NCBI GenBank assembly: GCA_903894975.1
Contig: CAITSE010000074.1
Coordinates: forward strand, 1 to 60,058
Origin: an uncultured Lentisphaerota bacterium
GTDB taxonomy: Bacteria > Verrucomicrobiota > Lentisphaeria > Oligosphaerales > CAITYL01
Length of the DNA: 60,058 nucleotides
Direction of reading: 5' to 3'
The translations under genes and the position numbers were made by a program. A model generated the notes under the pieces. That model saw nothing but the letters and a program-made list of their open reading frames with translations, ran no database searches and was not told the origin of the DNA. Positions within the stretch are counted from its first letter, which is position 1. Every line of letters starts with the position of its first letter. Below, one piece after another: positions 45,322 to 52,785 of the stretch.

Positions 45322-46692
45322 TCATAGCCCAAAGAGGTCGCGAGGACGTTGGTAACAAAGGTGACGAACCAGGCGTTCGGCGAGAGTCGTGGGAATCTGG
45401 CCGTGCTCGACCATGCCGCCGACCACGTCGCAGAGGACGCGCCGGAACATTTCATGCCGCGAGCCGTAACTCATGAGCTTGCGCGAGTCGGAAACCATGC
45501 CGGCGGAGTTCCAGAGCAGGTCCACGGAACCGATGTATTCGAGCTGACGTTTCATGCCGATGGGCGAGTCGTTGAGCCACCAGGCCGAACCCAGGCTGAC
45601 CTTAACGCCAAAGGCGCGGGTGAGCGCGGCCAGCGTGGCCTGGTGCCCGGGCTCGAGGCAGTAGATCACGACCTTGAGCCGGTCGTCGAAGCGGTTGAGG
45701 AAATCGCGGAGCGGCACGACGATGTCGATGGTGTGGTTTGAGATGTCGCCGCCGGAGTCGGGCCCGACATTCTTAAACAGGCTGCCACGGATGTCGCGGA
45801 CACAGCCGAGATGGAGCTGGAAGACCCAGCCCTTCTCGGCGTCCATGGCGCCGAAAGAATGGAGGAGGAAGGACATGTACGCCTGCTGTTCCGCCGCGGT
45901 GAGCGGCTTGCCGGCGCGGGCCTTGCGGAAAAGCGCGTCGGCATCGTCATAGGGCACGTCCAGAGCCCAGGGCGTTTCCACGCCATGGTCGCTGGCCACA
46001 CAGCCGTTGGCGGCGAAGTAATCATGCCGTTCCTTGAGGAAGGTCAGGAGTTCGGCGAGGTTGCGGAACTTGGCGCCGGCGACCGTTTCGCAGCGGCCGA
46101 TGTAGTCGTTCCAGTCGGGCTTGAAAATGTTCATCGCCTTGTCCGGACGGTAGGTCGGGCGGACCACGCCGGCGATGGGGCTGGCGGCCAGGGCGCGGTG
46201 GTGCTCCAGGGTGTCCAGCGGATCGTCCGTGGAACACATCCGTTCGACCTTCTGCGCCTGAAGCAGGGCCTGCGGCTTCATGGCCGGGGTCTTGAGCTGC
46301 TTGAGGGCGGCGTCCCAGATCTTGCGGCCGGTGGCGGGGCTGATGACTTCCTCGATGCCGAAGCGGCGGCGCAGGTCCAGGTGTACCCATTCAAAGGTGG
46401 GGCTGCCGGCAAATTCCTCGAAGACATTGCTTAAGGACAGCCATTTCTCCTCGTTGGAGACTTCGGTGCCGGTGATGTATTTCTCCGGCACGCCGCGCTT
46501 GCGCAGCATTTCCCAGACGTAATGGTCGGTGGCGGCCTCGGCCTCCCAGAGATCGGCGCTGGCGTGATTTTCGGCGATGGCCTTGACGTCGGCGTGGTTG
46601 TGGGCGTCAATGATCGGCAGGCCGGCGACGGTCTCATAAAGCGCCCGCGCCGTGGCGTTGCCGAGCAGATAGTTTTCGTCCAGGAAGCTCAT
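45322..46692 (-). CDS. uxaC: glucuronate isomerase
   Basis: MSFLDENYLLGNATARALYE..LPIIDAHNH.. and full-length UxaC-like organisation, 456 aa. Confidence 0.9.
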   Translation of the reverse strand: MSFLDENYLLGNATARALYETVAGLPIIDAHNHADVKAIAENHASADLWEAEAATDHYVWEMLRKRGVPEKYITGTEVSNEEKWLSLSNVFEEFAGSPTFEWVHLDLRRRFGIEEVISPATGRKIWDAALKQLKTPAMKPQALLQAQKVERMCSTDDPLDTLEHHRALAASPIAGVVRPTYRPDKAMNIFKPDWNDYIGRCETVAGAKFRNLAELLTFLKERHDYFAANGCVASDHGVETPWALDVPYDDADALFRKARAGKPLTAAEQQAYMSFLLHSFGAMDAEKGWVFQLHLGCVRDIRGSLFKNVGPDSGGDISNHTIDIVVPLRDFLNRFDDRLKVVIYCLEPGHQATLAALTRAFGVKVSLGSAWWLNDSPIGMKRQLEYIGSVDLLWNSAGMVSDSRKLMSYGSRHEMFRRVLCDVVGGMVEHGQIPTTLAERLVRHLCYQRPRDLFGL

Positions 46693-46937
46693 GAATTTTC
46701 ACTCTCCGAAGAAAAGTTTTTGGCCGGCGGCCGAACTAGTTTTGTACTATATCCTCTTACCGGCCGGCGTGTTCCTCACGGCTCTGGCAGGAACGAATCT
46801 TCGCGAGCATCCCATTGATCCCGACCGGGTGGTAGCAATCACGAAGCCAAAGTCGCCTTGTTGGAAAAAAGGACCATGCCCAAGCCCGACCTCCAAAAAT
46901 TGATCCAAGAGGCAAAAGAAAAAGAAGGGAAATAGGG

Positions 46938-47136
46938 CAAAAAATGGATTGGTGTAACAGCGGAGTGGCGTGAGAGGATCATCCGAACTAAAAAACCATG
47001 TAACCGTGCCTTAAAAGACAGGTTTGACACCAATGACGCACCAATGACGCTTTGAAAAAGCAGGCGGGGCGAAATTCGCTGGCGGCACCTGACGAGATCC
47101 TCTCGCCAACGTTCTCTTCCGCCAGCGGATTTCGCC
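46938..47136. repeat. Two adjacent foldbacks: a decayed CACCAATGACG-word hairpin (about 46938-47054) and the GGCGAAAT hairpin (47068-47136)
   Basis: GACACCAATGACGCACCAATGACGC (47026-47050) is a tandem word pair. GGCGAAATTCGCTGGCGG (47068-47085) pairs with CCGCCAGCGGATTTCGCC (47119-47136). Confidence 0.6.
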
Positions 47137-47229
47137 ACGTCCGGCTGTTGTCAAATGGAAACGTGGCCACTGCCACCCTCCAGGGGGTGTCGGGGGATGG
47201 GAGGATGCCATCCCCTGACTCTTAACCGC

Positions 47230-48165
47230 TTACGGCGACGGTGCGGTGCCGAGGGCGGCGCGGAGGGCGGGGAGGGTTTGGAGTACGCGCGGGCCGGGCT
47301 TGAGCAGGAGGTTGGTGTCGAAGCCGCCGAACACCCGGTTGTCGCGCACGGCCCGGAGCTGGTTCCAGCCGGTGCGTTCGCGAAAGGCCGCGGTCTGGGA
47401 CGGTGCTTTGGCGGCGTCGTTCAGGCAGAGCACAACTTCGGGATCGCGGACCAGAACCCATTCGGCGGAGACCGCGGCGTAATCGCGGTCAAAATCATCG
47501 GCAAGATTGCGGCCGCCGGCCAGGCGCACAAGTTCAGCGACAAAAGAGCTTTTCCCGGCGGTCATCAGCGGGTCCGGCCAGATTTCAATGAAGACGCCTG
47601 GCGCGCGGCCGGACGCCGGCAACGCCCGGCGGCAACGGGCGAGTTCGGCGGTGAATTCCGCCGCCATTTTCGTCGCGGCGGTTTCACAACCGATAGCGCG
47701 CCCGACTTCCAGGATGGCGGTCGGGATCTCCGTCAGGGTGCGGCAGGAAATGATTTTGCGAGTGATGCCGAGTTCTTCCACGCGCCGATCCAGGGCGGGA
47801 TCGGAAGAGTCCACCTGCAGGACCAGGTCCGGCCGCACCGCCACCAGTTTTTCCAGGGACGGCCGACAGAAGTCGCCGACGACAGGTACGCGCCCAATGA
47901 TCTCCGGAGGATACTCGCAGACCCGGCTGCGTCCCGCCAGGCGATCGCCGGCGCCGAGGGCGCAGATGATTTCAGTCAGGTTGGGCGAGAGCGAGACAAT
48001 GCGCCGGGCCGGCGCCGGCGGAACGGAGTCCGCAGCGGCGATCCGTCCACAACCGGCGGCCAGCCACACGCCGGAAAAGAGCAGAAAACGGAAGAGCAAA
48101 AGCCACGCCGCCCCCGGGGAACGCTTCCCGGGCCGACAGCGATCAGGATCAAGTCGGTTACTCAT
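47230..48165 (-). CDS. ABC-transporter periplasmic binding lipoprotein, BtuF/siderophore-binding family
   Basis: Lipobox ..VWLAAGC.., then ..RRIVSLSPNLTEIICALGAGDRLAG.., ..PDLVL.. The ATG at 48165 was verified. The longer track ORF extends into the hairpin repeat. No partner permease or ATPase in the window. Confidence 0.75.
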   Translation of the reverse strand: MSNRLDPDRCRPGKRSPGAAWLLLFRFLLFSGVWLAAGCGRIAAADSVPPAPARRIVSLSPNLTEIICALGAGDRLAGRSRVCEYPPEIIGRVPVVGDFCRPSLEKLVAVRPDLVLQVDSSDPALDRRVEELGITRKIISCRTLTEIPTAILEVGRAIGCETAATKMAAEFTAELARCRRALPASGRAPGVFIEIWPDPLMTAGKSSFVAELVRLAGGRNLADDFDRDYAAVSAEWVLVRDPEVVLCLNDAAKAPSQTAAFRERTGWNQLRAVRDNRVFGGFDTNLLLKPGPRVLQTLPALRAALGTAPSP

Positions 48166-48177
48166 TGAATACGAACG

Positions 48178-48280
48178 TCCAACATTCAACATTGAACATC
48201 CAACATCGAATCCAGAGCGACCCTGTGAATTCATGCGGGATTCAAGGTTGAAGGTTGGATGTTGAATGTTCAATATTTGG
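48178..48280. repeat. Word-arm foldback hairpin (CAACAT words)
   Basis: TCCAACATTCAACATTGAACATCCAACATCGAATCC pairs imperfectly with GGATTCAAGGTTGAAGGTTGGATGTTGAATGTTCAATATTTGG. It starts 13 nt upstream of the BtuF-like start codon. Confidence 0.75.
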
Positions 48281-48292
48281 GAATCATTCATG

Positions 48293-48435
48293 CTAACCTG
48301 AATTATTCACGAACCTGCCGGAATAGCCACAAAAGATCACAAGGGTACACAAAAAAATGCGCCATCCACCTTTGTGTTTCTTTGTGCTCTTTTGTGGCAG
48401 AAACGGTTTTCATCTCATGAATAGATCAGGCTAAG
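48293..48435. mobile_element. 143-bp MITE-like element: 22-nt terminal inverted repeats (six-frame-stop motif) around a CACAAA-word foldback
   Basis: Left end CTAACCTGAATTATTCACGAAC (48293-48314). Right end CTCATGAATAGATCAGGCTAAG (48413-48435) is its imperfect reverse complement. The internal hairpin is GCCACAAAAGATCACAAGGGTACACAAA / TTTGTGTTTCTTTGTGCTCTTTTGTGGC (48326-48398). No coding capacity. Confidence 0.6.
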
Positions 48436-49282
48436 GCAGCCAGTGTTCCGCCGTGGCGGCCAGGGCTTCGGCCAGTTCCGGCAGGTGCGGCTCCCACTTC
48501 TTTTCCCACTCCAGCGACACCGGGCCGCGGAACTTTTCGCGGCGGAGCATGGCAAGCAACTCGGGAATGGGCACGTCGCCCCGGCCCGACAGGACGCCGG
48601 CGCGTTTCCCGTCGGGGCCGACGGCGCTGTCTTTGACGTGGAGATGCACGATGCTGCCGTCCTCCAGCAGGCCAAAGGTCTGGTCAAAGCGCTCGCCGGC
48701 CACGCACCAGGTGTGATGCGCATCCCAGACGATGGGGAAACTCCGTCCCCACAGGGTGGCCAGTTCCCGGCAGCGCGCGAGCGATGACATCCCGTCATGG
48801 GTCTCCACGGCCAACTCGCAGGCGAAGCCGTCCCGCGCCCGCATTTCCTGCCAGCGCTGCAGGGTTTCCGCCGCTTGTTTCAATTTGTCCGCGAGGTTGT
48901 TACACTGGAAATCGAAGCCGCCGAAAACCCGCAGGTACGGGCTGGCCAAACGGTCCGCCCAGCCGGCGAGGCGGCGGAAATCCTCCCAGTTCTGCGGCGT
49001 GCCGCCGACCAGGGCAAAGCTGGTATCGAGCGCCTTGATCCGGCCGGACGCCGCAAGTGCCGCGAACGCTTCCGGCTGTTCCCGATGATAAGCCTCCAGT
49101 CCCCCGGCCAGATCCAGCCCGCCGTTAAGCGTGCGCAGTTCCAGGTACGGAATGTGCCAACGGTCGGCGAGCGCCAGCAGTTCGGGCAGGGTGGCCTCCG
49201 GGATGCCCAGGGAAGAAAAGCACCAGACCAGCGTATCCCGGCGGAAATCCATGCCGGACTCGGAGCGGGTCTGTTTCATCAT
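48431..49282 (-). CDS. sugar phosphate isomerase/epimerase family protein (xylose-isomerase-like TIM barrel)
   Basis: ..IPYLELR.., ..ELAVETHD.., ..VHLHVKD.., ..VSLEWE.. Start at the MM pair 49282/49279 (the track start is TTG at 49372). The TAG stop lies inside the repeat motif. Confidence 0.75.
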   Translation of the reverse strand: MMKQTRSESGMDFRRDTLVWCFSSLGIPEATLPELLALADRWHIPYLELRTLNGGLDLAGGLEAYHREQPEAFAALAASGRIKALDTSFALVGGTPQNWEDFRRLAGWADRLASPYLRVFGGFDFQCNNLADKLKQAAETLQRWQEMRARDGFACELAVETHDGMSSLARCRELATLWGRSFPIVWDAHHTWCVAGERFDQTFGLLEDGSIVHLHVKDSAVGPDGKRAGVLSGRGDVPIPELLAMLRREKFRGPVSLEWEKKWEPHLPELAEALAATAEHWLP

Positions 49283-49390
49283 GTGAATTCCCAATATATG
49301 CTGGAGATCACGACTCCCCCACACTTTTGTGAAAGGCACACGATAGGATAGCGCGGCCCGCCGGGATGCCAAGCTTTTTCGCCACCACAG

Positions 49391-49427
49391 ATCAACCGGT
49401 TGACAAACCGCGGGGGCACGGTATGAT
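49391..49427 (+). promoter_or_regulatory. LacI-type operator ATCAACCGGTTGAc overlapping a sigma70-like promoter (TTGACA-16-TATGAT)
   Basis: Operator at 49391-49404. -35 TTGACA at 49400-49405 and -10 TATGAT at 49422-49427. It lies 38 nt upstream of the lacI-family ATG and in the divergent intergenic region shared with the TIM-barrel gene. Confidence 0.6.
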
Positions 49428-49464
49428 CCTGCTATATTATTACGTTATTGAAAAAGGTTCGGGT

Positions 49465-50519
49465 ATGAACAAGCCCAAAGCGTCACCACGACGGGCGGTC
49501 GGCCTCCGGCGTATCGCGGAAGATCTTGGCATTTCCGTTTCACTGGCCAGCAAAGTGTTGAGCGGAAAACTCGGCACCACCGGCGCGCAGGAATCCACCA
49601 TCCGCGCCATCCACGAAAAAGCCCGGGAACTGAATTACCGCAAGAACCAGTTGGCCGCGGCGTTTCGAACCGGCCGCCAGCACGTCATTGCCGTCTGCGT
49701 TCACCGCCATGGTGCGGAGGGCAGCGAGATCGTCGAGGAAATGGTGGCCGGCATCGCCGCGGAGGCTGCGGAGTTCCATCAACGGCTGATGATCCTGTAT
49801 TACCAGACGCCGGAGGAGTTCCACGCCTTCGTTCCGGAAGTCCATTGCAACGCCGTGGACGGAGTGATCATGGGCGGTCTGCCGCATACGGAACTGCTCG
49901 GGGATCTGACGGAGATGCGCGAACGCGGCCTGCCGGGGTCACCATCCATGACAGACAGATCGACCCAGACTTCCCCAACATGGGAATGAACCAGATTGAC
50001 GTGGGCCGGTTGGCCACCCGGCACCTGTTTGACCGGGGATGCCGCCGGATCGTTCACCTGCGGATGCCCCGGGGAATGCCCGGAAGTGCGCCCGTCCTGC
50101 GCTTCGAAGGCTATTGCCAAGCCTTGCGGGAGGTCGGCCTGCCGTATGAGCCAACACTCGTGGCGGACCTCCGCCACCTCAACTACGACGAAGGCAGAAA
50201 AGGTATCCAGGCGCTACTTGACAGCGGGGTTGCATTTGACGGCATCGTCGGTCTTTCTGACCAGCATGCCGCCGCGGCGCTGAACCTACTCATGGAAAAT
50301 GGAAGAAAGGTGCCGCAGGAAGTGAAACTCATCGGCATTGACAATGCCCCGTTCTGCCGATACACCATCATTCCGCTCAGTTCGGTTTCACAAGAGTTTG
50401 TCCTTCGCGGACATCAGGCCATGCGGATGCTGATGAGCGGGCTCCAGGGGGAGCCGACCGCTTCGATCAACGTCGAACCGGTGATCCATGCCCGGAAATC
50501 CTCCGCAGGCATCCCCTGA
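49465..50519 (+). pseudogene. LacI-family transcriptional regulator, disrupted by a 1-nt frameshift near 49931-49937
   Basis: Frame 1: MNKPKASPRRAVGLRRIAEDLGISVSLASKVLSG.. (HTH) through ..MRERGLP. Frame 3 continues (V)VTIHDRQIDPDFPNMGMNQIDVGRLATRHL..GIDNAPF.. to the stop at 50519. Restoring one base in CTGCCGGGGTCACC rejoins a normal protein of about 350 aa. Confidence 0.75.
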
Positions 50520-50597
50520 TCACAGCCAGCCGGCGCGCGAACCGTCATCCCAACTCAGGCAGCGAATTTTATCTTTTTTTGACTAGGAAAATCCGCC

Positions 50598-51794
50598 ATG
50601 AAACTGCCTTTCGTACGATTCCTGCTGGTCATGGCTTGCCCGGGGGCGATGGCGTATGCGGCCGGCGACAATCTTACGCGAGTCGAGCCCCTGCCGACAC
50701 CATCCCTGAAGTGGCAGAATCTTGCACTCCCGCCCGGAAAACCACGGTTCCCACTGACAGACCGGGTTTGGCCCGCCACGTCAGGCGAGGCGACAGTGTG
50801 CCTGTGGGAGGATGACAAACTTGCCGCGATCAGCCTCACGATCGATGACAACGAAGCTCAGGACGTTCCGTTCTGGCTCGCCCTGGCGCAAAAACACGAC
50901 GTCAAGCTTACCTGGTTCCTGGTCACCGGTGGCATCGGCAAGAAAGACTCCGGCCTTGCCGGCACCTGGGAACTGTGGAAGCAGGTGAAGGCTCAAGGGC
51001 ATTCGCTCCAGTCGCACACCGTGACACATTTGGGCGGCATGCGTTCGCCGGACTGGAAGGGAATTGCGTGGGAGTATGCGGAATCGCCGCGAACTCTTGA
51101 CGAAATGCTGCCCGGCCAAAGGACTAGAGCCCTCGCCTACCCCGGCACCGGAGACGAACGCCAGAAAGCCAACAGCAAAGACGTCGCCGCCGGACAATAC
51201 GCCGCGGCGCGGGGTGTCCAGGGCTATCTTAATCAGGCCAACAAGATCGCTTATATGGCCGTCAACTGCTGCTTCAGCATCAACCTCGGCGATTCCGAAA
51301 AGTCCCCCTGGAACGACATCACCCTGATCATCAATCCGGACTCGACCAAGCCCTACCAGAAAACCTACTACCGCGGCTGGTGCGTACTGGGATTCCACCA
51401 CCTCGACAACAAACCCGGCGCGACGACCACTCACACCCCGGCAAACGTGACCCGGCTGTTCGACTGGATCACGGCAAACCGCCAAGACCTGTGGCCCGCG
51501 CCGTTCCTCGACGCGGCGCTTTACGGGCAGGAGCGCGACACCGCCACGGTCAAAACCCTCCGCGCCGACGAACAGCGAATCTCCCTGATGCTGACCAGCG
51601 AGATGGATCCGAAGCGATTCGACTACCCGCTGACAGTCAAGATCCGCCTGCCAAGCCGTTGGGAAACGGTTCGCGCCAGCCAGGCGGGCGGCGCCATCCC
51701 GGCCGAGCGCATTACACATGCAGGCATCCCTTTCGCGCTCGTCAAGGCCAAGCCGGACTGCGGCCCCATCGACCTGACGCCGGCCAACCCGTGA
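50598..51794 (+). CDS. secreted polysaccharide deacetylase (CE4/NodB-like)
   Basis: Signal peptide MKLPFVRFLLVMACPGAMAYA, ..AISLTIDDN.., ..LQSHTVTHLGG.. The antisense ORF 50781..51719 is a shadow. Confidence 0.7.
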   Translation: MKLPFVRFLLVMACPGAMAYAAGDNLTRVEPLPTPSLKWQNLALPPGKPRFPLTDRVWPATSGEATVCLWEDDKLAAISLTIDDNEAQDVPFWLALAQKHDVKLTWFLVTGGIGKKDSGLAGTWELWKQVKAQGHSLQSHTVTHLGGMRSPDWKGIAWEYAESPRTLDEMLPGQRTRALAYPGTGDERQKANSKDVAAGQYAAARGVQGYLNQANKIAYMAVNCCFSINLGDSEKSPWNDITLIINPDSTKPYQKTYYRGWCVLGFHHLDNKPGATTTHTPANVTRLFDWITANRQDLWPAPFLDAALYGQERDTATVKTLRADEQRISLMLTSEMDPKRFDYPLTVKIRLPSRWETVRASQAGGAIPAERITHAGIPFALVKAKPDCGPIDLTPANP

Positions 51795-51822
51795 GCGTCA
51801 TTAGAAAAAACGCCCGGCATCC

Positions 51823-51869
51823 TTGACAATCCCTGCCCTTATGGTATTTTCTCTCATCAACCGGTTGAT
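51823..51869 (+). promoter_or_regulatory. sigma70-like promoter (TTGACA-16-TATTTT) followed by the perfect operator ATCAACCGGTTGAT
   Basis: -35 at 51823-51828 and -10 at 51845-51850. The operator at 51856-51869 sits at the expected transcription start, upstream of the DUF1559 gene. Confidence 0.6.
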
Positions 51870-51916
51870 TGAAGCAGGGAAGTCTCTTTTCAAGATAAAC
51901 CTGAAAATGCTTGGGC

Positions 51917-52615
51917 ATGGCCAATTTCAACCAATTTTACGCCGCTGCGGGGTCCCGGGCCGGTCTCCGGCCGGGGCTGGGCGCGCCCGGAGGAAAGCCG
52001 TTCACGCTGCTCGAACTGCTGGTGGTGATCACGATCGTCGCCGTTTTAGCCTCCCTGCTGCTGCCGGCGCTCCAGCAGGCCAAACGGACGGCCAAGGAAG
52101 CTTCCTGCGTTGCCAATCTGAGACAGGTAGGGATTGCCTTCTTCGACTATGCCGGCGACAACGATGGCGAATTCCCTCCGGCCAGAATGACGGTAAATGG
52201 CTCAACCTCGTATTGGCCCACCCTGCTCCTGGCGCACATGAAGGGCGGGACGCCGATCAGCTATGGCAACACGGCCTTTCTCAACTCCATTTTCGATTGT
52301 CCGGTGACACCGGGATGGAATAGTTCGCTCTGCTGGCGCAATTATGGCATCAACGAACTGCTGCCGCCGGGCAATGGCGGACAGGAGGGTGAAATGTGGC
52401 GATGCGTCAACATCGGCATCCTGCGCGGCCCGAGCCAAACCCGGCTTGCCTGTGACACCACCTCCTGGTATATCGGTCGCGGCGGTTTTCAAGAATTCAG
52501 ACCTCATTACACCGTGTTGGGAAAAATGCTTTTTTGTGACGGACATGTTGAGGCGGTTACCGCCGCCCAGGCCGATGTGTTTGCTTACAAGGAACGGGAC
52601 GAATTTGGGTTGTGA
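51917..52615 (+). CDS. DUF1559 / H-X9-DG prepilin-type N-terminal cleavage-methylation domain protein (pseudopilin-like)
   Basis: ..[32 protein letters not shown].. (prepilin motif) and C-terminal ..[11 protein letters not shown].. ATG at 51917 (the track start at 51911 is TTG). Confidence 0.8.
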   Translation: MANFNQFYAAAGSRAGLRPGLGAPGGKPFTLLELLVVITIVAVLASLLLPALQQAKRTAKEASCVANLRQVGIAFFDYAGDNDGEFPPARMTVNGSTSYWPTLLLAHMKGGTPISYGNTAFLNSIFDCPVTPGWNSSLCWRNYGINELLPPGNGGQEGEMWRCVNIGILRGPSQTRLACDTTSWYIGRGGFQEFRPHYTVLGKMLFCDGHVEAVTAAQADVFAYKERDEFGL

Positions 52616-52660
52616 TCCCATGTCTCGGCAGTCCTTTGGACACGATGTTTTTGCCACCCT

Positions 52661-52674
52661 ATCAACCGGTTGAT
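52661..52674 (+). promoter_or_regulatory. Third copy of the perfect palindrome ATCAACCGGTTGAT
   Basis: Identical to 51856-51869. It lies 112 nt upstream of the PEP-CTERM protein start. Confidence 0.55.
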
Positions 52675-52785
52675 GAAAAGCCCCAAAAACCCGCTGAAAT
52701 TCGAACCAGCCCGTACCCGATCATGCCTATCTTCAGACACCACCCGCAATCATAAGATCCCACACGAAAAAGGAGCAAGGCGCAC

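Noticed and set aside
46839-47211. Small ORFs (99, 62 and 66 aa) in the uxaC-btuF-like intergenic region.
   Set aside because: They run through the foldback repeats and an A-rich low-complexity stretch. Their composition is atypical and there is no start context.
48166-48430. Possible cobalamin riboswitch upstream of the BtuF-like binding-protein gene.
   Set aside because: No B12-box-like sequence was seen. The entire leader is accounted for by two repeat elements whose relatives occur next to unrelated genes.
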